Shown piece by piece: positions 41,901 through 50,254 of a DNA stretch of 64,000 bases. The stretch covers positions 19,061 to 83,060 of the forward strand of contig JAJYBB010000014.1 of assembly GCA_021779195.1 (NCBI GenBank). Direction: 5' to 3'. The position numbers and the translations under genes were made by a program. Under the pieces are notes generated by a model. The model was not told where the DNA came from. It saw only the letters and a program-made list of their open reading frames with translations, and made no database searches. Position 1 is the stretch's first letter. Each line of letters starts with the position of its first letter. This DNA is from Bacteroidota bacterium. GTDB lineage: Bacteria; Bacteroidota; Bacteroidia; Bacteroidales; Paludibacteraceae.

Positions 41901-44900
41901 AATGTCTGGGTTAAATCTACAGTGGCAGTTGCGGTGTATTCCGGAACAATTTTAAAGTTTATGGGATCGTAAGTGTTGTTGGTATAGACTAGCTCGCTCA
42001 ATGCATTATTCGGATTTGCTTGTGCCAACAGGTTGTAATTACCTGTTTTTGAAGGTAAAGTCAGCGAAATGCTAAAAGGAACAGAATCGCCCATTAGAAT
42101 CTGATTTGTAGTAGCAAAAGTTTCCAATAACTGATCGCTGTTATCTACATAATTATCCTTGGATAAATAAAACCCTACTTTTGAGCCTGTTGGTGCATTC
42201 AGATATCCAAGATTTAATAATCGACCCGTTACCTGAACTATTTCACCGGTTAAAGCAGTAGTTTTATTTACTTCCATATGGTGAATTACTAAATCGGGTT
42301 TATTCAGATCGGTAACATAAGCGAAACAAAACCCCGAAACAAAGCCGGCTGCCTGAACTGTGATACTAACTGTTTGATTTCCATCTTCAATACCATCATT
42401 GATTGTGGTAATAGGGACTTCAACCGATTTTTGTCCAGCAGGAATCTGTACCGTTGACTGAACTTCAATTTCAGTTGGATCGTTAAACATGATGGTTACA
42501 TTCACGTTTCCTGAAGTTTCGGTATTTCGGGAAATAATTAGTTTTCCTGCATTGGTTTTTCCTTCAAAAAGCGATACAGGATTTACGATTGCTGTAAGGC
42601 ATGGTCCATCATTATCGGCAATAACCAAACTTTTAGTTATTACACCTCCGTTATCAGGAGACGAATTGCAATTGCAGGACTTTACCCATACCGAACCAGT
42701 GATTACCACTTTGCGGTAACCATCTACTTCTGCGTTATCCACAACGCCAATATTGAATTTTGCTTCATTTGTACCGCTCGGAAGTGTTATGGCGGATGGT
42801 ATAATTAAAGTATTTGGAACCGAAACTGTAAAATTGAGTGTGATATTTCCATCACCTTTTATTCTTTTGATGGATGCATAAGTAGCGTACATTCCTCCAG
42901 CCTCAGGAACCGTATCAGCAGTAAGGTTGAATTCCAGTTCTGGCATATCATCATCGTTGATAGTGGCTGTTGCGCTGCACGAAGAATATCCTCCGGAACT
43001 TATGGTTATTGAAGCTGTGCCGTTCAATTCGGGAGAATTATCATTTATCACAAAAATAGGAACAATCACAACTGAATCGTTTGCCTGGATTGTGGCTGCA
43101 TTATTAAAAATCCACTGATTGGGTTTATCGGTCGAAAGATAAACGGTGAGCGGTGAAGTGGTTATCAGATTTCGTGTAATTCTCAGTTTTAGCGAATCTC
43201 CCTCGTTTACAACCGTTTTATTTAGTACAGCTTTCAAAACAGTAGCTTCATTATCAAGTATTTGTATCATCGAAGTATCGCTTTTATACGAAGCTGCCGA
43301 TATCACTATTTTCACATTTCTTAAACCATCCACGATCGCATTATCGATTGCTTTTAAGTTAAATATTTCTGAAGACATATTTTCAGGAATAGTAACCGAA
43401 GCAGGAATGGTGATTTGACCCGCTGGGAGGTTGGTGATATTAACCGGAAGAGGTGTTGAATATTCACCGCTGCGTGCTATAACGCATCTTACTTCAGCAT
43501 CGGATCCTTCGGATAAGGAGGTAGTAGCAATATCAAGAAAAAGCACATCGACAGGAGTTACCGTACTAGAAGAAAGAGCCTTGTTGTTTGCATCGGTTCC
43601 GCTGTGTTCAATCAGTGTTCCGGAAGGGATGAGCACCACCTCAATATTTGCGGGTCCTGAAAATTTTAATATTTCCGGAATTTTAAACGTATACCTTCTG
43701 GTCAGTGTTTGTGCTACTGGTAAGTCGATACTGCTTGTCAAATGAGGGCTTAACGCCACCCTTCTTCCATTAGGAGAAATAAGAGTAACTCTTTCTGACC
43801 ATCCGCCTAACGCATTGGCATTGCCAATATTCTCAACCTTCCAGCTGATTTGCAACGAGTCGCCCGGTGTAAAAGTTGTTGTGGTAGTTTGAATATCTTT
43901 CACCTTTATATCTGGAAAGGGTTTGAGAGCCACTTTAACTGAGTCGGCAAACCGCAGCATGTTGTTGTCGTTGGATAATTCAGTCAACTCGTTATAAATA
44001 TCGGTTTTAGCAAACAGGTAATACTTTCCGGTATATTCAGCCGGCATGGTAATTATAAACGACTGTGTGTATGTTTCATTCACAGCCAATTGTCCTGAAT
44101 TATATTTTACCATCAGTTGAGTTTTTCCTCCGTTCGCAGCTGTGTCAGTCGAAATATACACTGCATCCTGCCATTGCCCGCTGATTGTAGAAGTTTGTCC
44201 TGTATTTTTAACAGTAAATGTTACAGTAAACTGACTACCCGATTCCACTTCTTTTGGAGCCTGTACATCCGTAATTTGAAGATCAGGTAGCGATTTGGTT
44301 GTAAACGTCTGAATGCTGCTTTCTGCAGACGAACATTCGTTAATTGATACAATTTTCCAGGAGTAAATTGTACCTGGTTTCAAATTGTACAACCGTTTGC
44401 TGGTTCCGTAAATATAAGGTTGAGTTGCGTTTGCAGGTATGGGTGCTCCTTCTTCCCAAAGAAAAAGGTTGTAATAACGACAATTCAGCGAAGGTTGCCA
44501 ATACAAATCGAGATAAGCTGAATTTAGATTTGCAGTTCCCGTTTCAGGTGTCATTCCCGTTGCTTTGGTGCAGGGTTTGCATTCTACTCCCACAGTACCC
44601 GAATACGTAATTGCGGTTAAATTTTCATTGCAGAGCACATTCTGGATGCTTACAGTATGCGTACCGCTGTTTAATGCTACCATTCCTATCCGGCACAAAA
44701 TCCCTGAACCGATCAAACCGCTTCCGGAAGCAAATGATATTTTAATAATCGATCCAGAAGCATTATTCTGTACCGAAATGGGATAATCAACCGCTTCAAT
44801 TTTAGATGTAACACCTGCCAAATTTGAATTAAATGTTAATTCAAAACTTCCTGAGTAAACGATTGTACCCGGTGCAATTTCAATTTTTACCGGCAGGTAA

Positions 44901-45664
44901 AAAGTATCCATTAATATAGCTCCACTGTTAACTACGCTTAGTTTTATTCCTCGAACATCGATCACACCGGTAGTGTAGTTTCTATTTCCTTTTGCATCGG
45001 TAACATAAATTTTGGTAGATCCAGGACCGGTTGCAGTAACTTTTCCATTTGCATCAACCGAAGCAATAGCCCCATTATCACTTCCGTAAGTAAAAGGTGG
45101 AGTGCCGCTTGATACATTCATTTGTACTGTTTCGCCTACATACAATTGCCTGCTGTCGGGGTAAATATCGGGAAATGGCAATGAAGTACTGTTGATATAT
45201 GCGGATTTAAGTGTCATGGCAGGACTTCCTTCATTCAACAGACTAAATGCAGAAATGTTATCAATAGTGGTATATCCGCTTCGTTTTGCAAAAAAGCGGA
45301 TGTACAATAAATTTCCATTCCCTATTAGCGGCTCTGCACCGGCAAGGGCAATATATAATCTTCCGGGCGTACCACTGTTGACCGTCGGAATTCCCCAACT
45401 TTTCATTGGTGTACCGACCGAATCAATTCCCAAAAATTCGACATAATTGGAATTGTAGCTTAACCCGAATTTGAATGCGTAAATATTTTTTCCGGTAAGG
45501 AGTGTATCAGCCTTAACCACCACTGTAAAGGTATCTTTTTCAGTTACTGTGTTGTTTAATATGCTGAATCCGACAGTTTGTGCAATTATTTTATCAACCG
45601 GAAAAAAATTGAAAATCAGCAGAAAAACAGAGGGTGCGATGGTAAATTTTATAAGTTTTTTCAT
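35957..45664 (-). CDS. giant (3235 aa) T9SS-secreted multidomain surface protein
   Basis: Signal peptide, then in order: cohesin-like, Big_2 (VGETVQMN...ASVDANGKVTATGPGSTKIYV), cohesin-like, FN3-like, CARDB x2-3 (PDLQITDV...VKNTG...ELSNDNN), Calx-beta-like x4, CarboxypepD_reg-like (NGIFKMDSIPEGYYSMTVEA), Gly/Cys-rich hydrophobic core, ~590 aa of unknown type, Ig-like repeats, PKD-like (ANAGPDQ...DGSESFDADND), T9SS CTD. Confidence 0.9.
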   Translation of the reverse strand: MKKLIKFTIAPSVFLLIFNFFPVDKIIAQTVGFSILNNTVTEKDTFTVVVKADTLLTGKNIYAFKFGLSYNSNYVEFLGIDSVGTPMKSWGIPTVNSGTPGRLYIALAGAEPLIGNGNLLYIRFFAKRSGYTTIDNISAFSLLNEGSPAMTLKSAYINSTSLPFPDIYPDSRQLYVGETVQMNVSSGTPPFTYGSDNGAIASVDANGKVTATGPGSTKIYVTDAKGNRNYTTGVIDVRGIKLSVVNSGAILMDTFYLPVKIEIAPGTIVYSGSFELTFNSNLAGVTSKIEAVDYPISVQNNASGSIIKISFASGSGLIGSGILCRIGMVALNSGTHTVSIQNVLCNENLTAITYSGTVGVECKPCTKATGMTPETGTANLNSAYLDLYWQPSLNCRYYNLFLWEEGAPIPANATQPYIYGTSKRLYNLKPGTIYSWKIVSINECSSAESSIQTFTTKSLPDLQITDVQAPKEVESGSQFTVTFTVKNTGQTSTISGQWQDAVYISTDTAANGGKTQLMVKYNSGQLAVNETYTQSFIITMPAEYTGKYYLFAKTDIYNELTELSNDNNMLRFADSVKVALKPFPDIKVKDIQTTTTTFTPGDSLQISWKVENIGNANALGGWSERVTLISPNGRRVALSPHLTSSIDLPVAQTLTRRYTFKIPEILKFSGPANIEVVLIPSGTLIEHSGTDANNKALSSSTVTPVDVLFLDIATTSLSEGSDAEVRCVIARSGEYSTPLPVNITNLPAGQITIPASVTIPENMSSEIFNLKAIDNAIVDGLRNVKIVISAASYKSDTSMIQILDNEATVLKAVLNKTVVNEGDSLKLRITRNLITTSPLTVYLSTDKPNQWIFNNAATIQANDSVVIVPIFVINDNSPELNGTASITISSGGYSSCSATATINDDDMPELEFNLTADTVPEAGGMYATYASIKRIKGDGNITLNFTVSVPNTLIIPSAITLPSGTNEAKFNIGVVDNAEVDGYRKVVITGSVWVKSCNCNSSPDNGGVITKSLVIADNDGPCLTAIVNPVSLFEGKTNAGKLIISRNTETSGNVNVTIMFNDPTEIEVQSTVQIPAGQKSVEVPITTINDGIEDGNQTVSITVQAAGFVSGFCFAYVTDLNKPDLVIHHMEVNKTTALTGEIVQVTGRLLNLGYLNAPTGSKVGFYLSKDNYVDNSDQLLETFATTNQILMGDSVPFSISLTLPSKTGNYNLLAQANPNNALSELVYTNNTYDPINFKIVPEYTATATVDLTQTLPNKPINIYGKAIKTNLQPASNVNIDVYLLCNGTRKKLTSITDNLGNYTVQFNPLPDESGHFEIGACYPDEGLTAVQDSFDILGIKRTAGDYITWLTKVGDPFNGALQIKNTSNIELKNIQLKIKTLPDGCTLTASPLAVLPSNATATLNYSVLGTKRSMTSDYQKLNLIISCDEGVTIGYDVYYFCQEQQASLETGPTNISTTVSKGTTKYLEFTLTNRGAGESGIVRILLPSVSFMSLVSSDSIANIKPSESVTVTLKLTDTDLALNTPVNGSIAINCEHGKGIAMPYKLEAVSDAKGGLCIDVLDEYTYNTTEAPLVKNAHILVRHPYSGVIVADGFTDSNGIFKMDSIPEGYYSMTVEAEKHDGYRNNIIIDAGKTLSQSIFISFQAISYTWEVVRTEVEDEYKVDLIMKYETNVPAPVVVMSMPDSMPQLINDETYPFFVTITNKGLITATDVTLKFPNDPEYEFVTNFTKMDLLAQQSIQIPVVMKRKASFNPVNTILRATASDLNCVDVVVESHGFYCGPDKKWHEGVQLFKFSGRICTGSATGGYSPGGGSPTLGGGGGGYVYVVPSNNSSTVSVNNVFECDNCTMELTLAVLGCIPGPIGTASGVVACIKSFTDDDGPTLVDAAQCGLGFIPGWGCVIGLFGTAYSCYKDPPRLLVKQLKLYQTNPTVPKPLMPPIIKQAYTDLLWARHSMDAEHNWMNEITGIDSLYKRVNFVDFVHAVDSFTVFKKEIQPLDIIKINQNLSGTDILPVEVEAFSLRWNRTLIARAQNIQEPTNDFPDIINNNLLKKYVLQEDSALAYAIGRGYANIREMANTAYNTLKEQTETGKKSVCASITLQISQKLVMTREAFEGTLTIVNGNNQNAMTNIKLNLEVKNSLGVLCNDLFQINTKALSILTGIDGTGSLAAGQKGSASILFIPEKGAAPTVPTTYSFGGSFSYIDPFNGMEVTKQLFPISLDVNPSPDLYLHYFMQRDILADDPLTEAIEPIVPAELALMIQNNGYGAATKVRVESAQPEIIENQKGLAIHLALIGSNLNGQNRQLGLNNIDFGNIASKSTAIGQWWFTADLLGHFVNYETRVVHADSYGNPDLSLISGAKLHELIRSISVYNDLDTIHDFLVNEVQDADETPDEIYTSSGNVLPVSAVNTICTTGTLSSPVYEIGLDVSPKLMGWNYGKVTDPTAGRYEILNVTRQRDGKTLPARNVWQTHVTLPDGKEPVYEHKIHFVDEFDSIQLTKYLIKFVPKRVDPPTVLKFENVPSSVSSSQISLVNVVFEKPVKASSFTFEDMILRCQGGSNLMNNSVTVTQIDSVTFRINLSSVTTTDGYYVLTIQTTGITNLTGEAGELSKQISWSQFTNSPAVSEFIGIPVDGSATAVISDNVMIRFTVPVDTTSFTPARLVWTREGNVVTAPVSISRMDTEGKLFKILKTDSIMIADGTYELTVDLPNIKSKNGIFGLSAQKVSWKIDTHGPILNKIIMKNVGGYDNQHITSAQLTFSEPISGFGISIVELWKDGLQQPVSQLNYGILNDTTYLITDFRLLTYNDGVYVLKINMANVTDLSGNKAFGFFQKTWTVSRNVPASVTEMKISPDLGYSSYDGVTSTSQLEVSMKVNAPKARIRLYYNSYETSTLLVDTLPASTGILALTVKIPSSGSMKLQAETVDTLGNTSMTELPIYIDEMPLTANWNNVPLGTLRKHPASILLNFSDKILNETALKNNLICKLNGMETNVNSMIINKNSDTEFTVGNFGNVGVASGGTFSLSVSTAGLKKYLSGKTGTLSPLTQWILRGNVTPVANAGPDQIGAGEDLIMLDGSESFDADNDELTYKWTSPEGITLNDVHYAKPTFVAPSGINQLTFSLVVNDGVDDSQADEVTVFLTKTNLDLKVRYSNNISIYPNPSYKDVILYVKEPTSGTLNIRIYNSTGQLVFIDYRNHNAVTEKYKLGNLKLIPGLYLVDVRMNNAKLVGWTKLIIMNK
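35960..36214 (-). other. T9SS C-terminal sorting domain (type A-like) of the 3235-aa protein
   Basis: Last ~85 aa NISIYPNPSYKDVILYV...GQLVF...LIPGLYLVDVRMNN...KLII, the classic Por_Secre_tail pattern. Confidence 0.8.
44585..44947 (-). other. cohesin-like module 2 of the 3235-aa protein (aa ~240-360)
   Basis: FYLPVKIEIAPGTIVYSGSFELTFNSNLAGV...ASGSIIKISFASGSGLIGSGILCRIGMVAL follows the cohesin strand pattern. Judged by eye only. Confidence 0.45.
45185..45577 (-). other. cohesin-like module 1 of the 3235-aa protein (aa ~30-160)
   Basis: FTVVVKADTLLTGKNIYAFKFGLSYNSNYVEFLGI...GRLYIALAGAEPLIGNGNLLYIRFFAKRSG matches the usual cohesin layout. Judged by eye only. Confidence 0.55.
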
Positions 45665-45739
45665 TGTCGTAAGTGTTGAGTTGTTGAAACTTGTAATTCT
45701 TCGCGGATCACTTTAAAACCCAGGTTGAAAATTATTTTC

Positions 45740-48700
45740 TTATTTCCGGTTAAGAACCATTTTTTCAGAAAAGTTTCTGCCATCAGCATTCATCCTAACA
45801 AGATAAACGCCATTCTGCAAATTACCCAAATCAGACAACGGAATTTGTAATATCTGTTTTCCTTCGCCAATTTTATTATAGTTGTAAATTCCTAATGTTC
45901 TGCCCGAAATATCAATAATATTGATATCCATTTTTTTAAGTTCTTTCTGAGCATAAAATTCAATATTCAACTTATTTACGCCAATCCAGATATTTATTAT
46001 CTTGTTGGCTTCAACCGGTGTGAGAAACGTAATAATTTTCGAAGTAATTGGTAATGTTGAATTGGTGAGCGTGAGTTGACTTTCATTGGCCATTGCTGAA
46101 GTTATACTGAATTCCGATTCGGCAATAGCAGCATCCACGAGTTTGAATGTCAGGTAAATGACACCATCTTCGAGCGATAAATCCTGAGCCGAAGCCATGG
46201 AAATAGCCAGGATACCATTATCGGTCAGTGTTGACTGTGCAAACGATATATCCTGATTCAGTTTTGAAGTTTGGATATTGATCAATTTGATGTGCTGCTG
46301 ATTGAAATTAAATTTCAAATCGAGCGATTTCACTCCGGCACCGGTATTTAGTGTGATTGGAATAATAAATTCTCCGTTGTCTGTTGCTGGCTGAACAGCT
46401 GTCAGAGTGATAGCGGTTTGAATGTTGGCTGGAGCAAGCTTCCGAATCATGCTCGGGTTGGGTGTAAATGTTGCAATCAAATTCACATTGTATTGTAAAA
46501 TCATGGAGGCATCGTACGATGTAATTGAACCGTTTTTGCTGACATCAGCTACATTTTGTTGAGCAGCATTAAGCACGATATTCGAAACGACATATTGCAA
46601 AATAAGCGATGCATCATACGGATTGATCGTTCCGTTCTGGCTCACATCGCCAAGTTCAGCTTTGGTAAGTTGTGATGTAAAAGGTGAGAATGCCACATAA
46701 TCCGATATCCGTTCGCCGGTTCCCGAAGGATTGGACGTGGCATTTTTAGGTCCTGTGGTAGCGTTATACCAACAATTGGTTGCTGTAACGGTGGTTGACG
46801 ATGATTTATTCCAAATGGCGTATCCATAGTTATCATCCACATCTATGAAATCGCAATCGGTAATTACGGGGAACGAAGAATTAGTGGCGATAATTCCGTG
46901 ATACCCTTTATCAAAACGACAATGCTGAATGGTAGGAGAAGCATTGTCTACTGTAACAGCTCCGCGTGAATCGGGATACGAAGCATATTTAATAATACAG
47001 TTTTTCAAAACACAATTTTCATCTACAGATTCATTATAAAAATAGATACCACGCCATGCATAATTCCAAGGCGCATTGGCATCGGCATTATTATAGGTAT
47101 CACCACCGTAAAAATCATCCCTGTCGGATGTAAAGACAATAGCGCTATCAGAGGTTCTTCCTCCTACGGCTATCAATCCGTTACTCACATTCAGGTAACC
47201 ATAATTCATAAATTTGGCAATGATACCCGGCTCAATTGTTAGTTTGGCCGAACTGCCAACCGTATAATAATTAAATACATATGGGATGTTGGTTATTCCT
47301 GCAAAATTATGCTTTTTCAATGTTGCATCTTGCGTAAGTGTCTCATCATTAACGCGAATAGCTCTGCCGGTGGATCCGGAAATTATATTCCCTGTGGTAG
47401 AGTGCGGATATGTAAGCAATGAAGTGTTAAATGGATAACTGATATTATTAAATGTACAGTTTTCGATAACTGGAGCACTCAATCCGACCAGAGAAATACC
47501 ACAATTTGGATAATTTTCAAATGTGCAATTTGTTATGATTGGTGATGCATTGTTTAACTGAATCGGAGTTGTGTTCGAATATCTGAAAATGGCATGATCA
47601 ATCGTACTTGAATCGTTGGCCGAATCGTAAAATACGAAAAAATTTCCATTGTTAGTTGGCGAAAGAGCTCCATCTTGCTGGCTGTCTTTTGGATTTCCGT
47701 AAAAATCATCCTCTACTGTTGTAAAGACAACTGGGTTTGTCGCTGTACCTTCAATATTTAACCTCCCTTTAATATTCCATCGTCCTCGACCTTTAAATGT
47801 TAATCCTGCAGGAATTGTCAACTGATCTGTTACAGTCAATGCATCATCGTACCATAAATAAGTGATTGGATTATATCCGGCAAAACTACGTGCCGGAACC
47901 GTTCCGTTTACATTTCCCGGTCGAAGTTTTATAGCAATATCGGCTACATTGGATAATTTATTCGTTCCGGTAAAGGTTGGATTTGCAAACATATCCATGT
48001 AAATTGGTTCCCAAGCGATATTGCTAAATTCACAGTCTTTAATTTCGGGATCGGCATTCCCAAATATTGCCAATCCACATTGATTCGTAAAATTGATTTT
48101 TACTGAATCGAGCAATACATGACAATCGGTGATCTGAATCGGACAATCGATGTTCCAGCCTCCACCACAATATCTGATCTCACAGTTTCGCATTATATTT
48201 TCTGTATCGCTTGCCGAACCGGTAAAATTAAATCCATACCAGTCATAGTTATTGGGAATCGTTGATGTGGTATTGTTGTTGGTATCTCCGCCGACTGAAT
48301 CGTCATTAATGGATGTGAAAATAATTTTTTCCGTTTTTGTTCCAATCGCTTTTAGGGCGCCATTAATAATCCAATTCTGACCGAACCGATTTGATTTAAT
48401 AATGATTCCTGGATTGATAGTCAATGTGTTACCGTTTTCAATCGTTATACTATGTGTTAGAATATAAGGTAAATTTGTATATCCTGCAAAGTCCATCTTC
48501 TTCAAAGTTGGCGAATCGGTTTCTACACCATCTAATTGAATGCCTGTAAATCCGACATTGGTTAATGTGTTTCCCTGAATATTGGGTGATCCGTTGCTTA
48601 AAATATATCCAATCGGATATTGGGCGATGTTTATGAAACTATTATTTGTTATTTGTGCATTTTTAGTAAACCATATGGCATTGTACGAATTTTTTATCTC

Positions 48701-50254
48701 GCATTTATTAACTATATTACTATTCTTCAAATAGATAGCCCAATTACTCGAGTAGTTTCCTGCATAATTAAATTTCCAATTTTCAATTTTCGAGAGGGTT
48801 GTACTATAGAGACAAATTCTACCTCCCGCACTTGTTGCCGGAGCTTGGGTTCCATCGTTTTGTGAATCGGCAGGATTTCCGTACGTGTCGTCGGCGATAT
48901 GCGTGAAGATGATGGGTTCAGTCGTTGTCCCAATTCCAGTCAGGGTACCGTTTGCCGTGATCATCGAATAACCATCCCTGCATTTTATTACCACACCTGG
49001 ATCAATAACCAATGAAGCAGTATCATGCACAATTGTATTGTCATACAGACAATAAGATATATTGTTTAGTCCTATAAATGAAATTTTTTTCAGATGTCCT
49101 TCATTCACAATGGTTGTTCCGCGGAGTCTAATCGCCTTAAGTTCACGGTCGTTAAATTGTATGGAATCATTCGTAAAGGTAGGATTTGCATTCATATCCA
49201 TTGTTAAATTATAGGCTTCCCCATTTACAACGGTTGAAGGACCGAATACGCAATTTGATATAAGAGGATTACTTGTTCCCTCAATGTGTAGATTCCATGC
49301 ATTTCCGGTAAATCGGCAGCTATCAATGATGGGTGAAGCATTTGTGGTTCTTAGTGCAGCATACCATTCATAATCGTATGAAGCATTTTTCAGAACACAA
49401 TTTTTCATGATACAGGCTGAATCAATCGAACCATCGTAAAATCGGATTCCTCTCCAATAGCTTCCTTTAGAATATTTGTCAAAAATGATGGGATTGGCTT
49501 TGGTTCCTAATGCCTTGACTTTTCCTTCGTAAACTTCAATATCAGTTCCATTCATCTGTAAATTGACTCCCGGATCCATAATCAGGGTTGCATTTGCATT
49601 GACATCAATGTTATTGTCATTAAAGTATGGATAGCCAAAATTCTTCAAGTGAAACTCCTGACTAATTCTTTCAAAATCTATATCTATATAATTATATGTG
49701 TTATCCGTAAATACCAAATTTTTTCCTGGATTTACTACACCTGCGCCATAAAATTGGATGGGAAAATCGGAATTTGATATTTGAGTGCTGTCGATATTCA
49801 GCGTGCCCAAATAGCTGATGCGTACTGAACCGCTGAGATTATTCACTGCACATTTGTGTAGAGTCATTTGTCCTTTTCTGACGTAAAGGTTGGAAGCATA
49901 TTCCACCGTACAATTGTTTAGATTTACATTTCCCACTTCATAATATTCGTACGAAACGTAAATGCCATCCCAGAATCCTTTCGTTACTCCGGCATTGCCA
50001 GTAAAAGTAACTCCATTTGCATTTAAAGTACCCCTTACATGCAGGTATCGTCCGGAATTGAATTTGACAATTACTCCTGGTTCAACAGTCAGAGTTACCC
50101 CTGCGTTCACTTCAATACTGTTTACGATCACATACGGACTATTTGCAACTGTCCAGATCGTGTTTGAAGTTACCGATCCTGTAATGTCAGTTGCTTTTGC
50201 ACCTGTTATGAATATAATAAGGGCAAAAATTGAAAGTAATAAATTTTTTTTCAT
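45740..50254 (-). CDS. 1504-aa T9SS-secreted protein: six right-handed beta-helix modules, then dockerin-like, cohesin-like and CTD
   Basis: Signal peptide MKKNLLLSIFALIIFITGAKA; repeated NC.I.Y/NAS PbH1-like turns; tail as in the sub-features. It lies 75 bp upstream of the 3235-aa gene on the same strand. Confidence 0.9.
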   Translation of the reverse strand: MKKNLLLSIFALIIFITGAKATDITGSVTSNTIWTVANSPYVIVNSIEVNAGVTLTVEPGVIVKFNSGRYLHVRGTLNANGVTFTGNAGVTKGFWDGIYVSYEYYEVGNVNLNNCTVEYASNLYVRKGQMTLHKCAVNNLSGSVRISYLGTLNIDSTQISNSDFPIQFYGAGVVNPGKNLVFTDNTYNYIDIDFERISQEFHLKNFGYPYFNDNNIDVNANATLIMDPGVNLQMNGTDIEVYEGKVKALGTKANPIIFDKYSKGSYWRGIRFYDGSIDSACIMKNCVLKNASYDYEWYAALRTTNASPIIDSCRFTGNAWNLHIEGTSNPLISNCVFGPSTVVNGEAYNLTMDMNANPTFTNDSIQFNDRELKAIRLRGTTIVNEGHLKKISFIGLNNISYCLYDNTIVHDTASLVIDPGVVIKCRDGYSMITANGTLTGIGTTTEPIIFTHIADDTYGNPADSQNDGTQAPATSAGGRICLYSTTLSKIENWKFNYAGNYSSNWAIYLKNSNIVNKCEIKNSYNAIWFTKNAQITNNSFINIAQYPIGYILSNGSPNIQGNTLTNVGFTGIQLDGVETDSPTLKKMDFAGYTNLPYILTHSITIENGNTLTINPGIIIKSNRFGQNWIINGALKAIGTKTEKIIFTSINDDSVGGDTNNNTTSTIPNNYDWYGFNFTGSASDTENIMRNCEIRYCGGGWNIDCPIQITDCHVLLDSVKINFTNQCGLAIFGNADPEIKDCEFSNIAWEPIYMDMFANPTFTGTNKLSNVADIAIKLRPGNVNGTVPARSFAGYNPITYLWYDDALTVTDQLTIPAGLTFKGRGRWNIKGRLNIEGTATNPVVFTTVEDDFYGNPKDSQQDGALSPTNNGNFFVFYDSANDSSTIDHAIFRYSNTTPIQLNNASPIITNCTFENYPNCGISLVGLSAPVIENCTFNNISYPFNTSLLTYPHSTTGNIISGSTGRAIRVNDETLTQDATLKKHNFAGITNIPYVFNYYTVGSSAKLTIEPGIIAKFMNYGYLNVSNGLIAVGGRTSDSAIVFTSDRDDFYGGDTYNNADANAPWNYAWRGIYFYNESVDENCVLKNCIIKYASYPDSRGAVTVDNASPTIQHCRFDKGYHGIIATNSSFPVITDCDFIDVDDNYGYAIWNKSSSTTVTATNCWYNATTGPKNATSNPSGTGERISDYVAFSPFTSQLTKAELGDVSQNGTINPYDASLILQYVVSNIVLNAAQQNVADVSKNGSITSYDASMILQYNVNLIATFTPNPSMIRKLAPANIQTAITLTAVQPATDNGEFIIPITLNTGAGVKSLDLKFNFNQQHIKLINIQTSKLNQDISFAQSTLTDNGILAISMASAQDLSLEDGVIYLTFKLVDAAIAESEFSITSAMANESQLTLTNSTLPITSKIITFLTPVEANKIINIWIGVNKLNIEFYAQKELKKMDINIIDISGRTLGIYNYNKIGEGKQILQIPLSDLGNLQNGVYLVRMNADGRNFSEKMVLNRK
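45743..45991 (-). other. T9SS C-terminal sorting domain of the 1504-aa protein
   Basis: Last ~80 aa ...INIIDISGRTLGIY...ILQIPLSDLGNLQNGVYLVRMNADGRNFSEKMVL, a typical CTD beta-sandwich pattern. Confidence 0.65.
46049..46426 (-). other. cohesin-like module of the 1504-aa protein
   Basis: EFIIPITLNTGAGVKSLDLKFNFNQQHIKLINI...NGILAISMASAQDLSLEDGVIYLTFKL. Judged by eye only. Confidence 0.5.
46478..46663 (-). other. dockerin-like duplicated Ca-binding segment (aa ~1198-1259)
   Basis: GDVSQNGTINPYDASLILQYVV ... ADVSKNGSITSYDASMILQYNV: two EF-hand-like loops, each followed by a helix, spaced as in type I dockerins. Confidence 0.65.
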
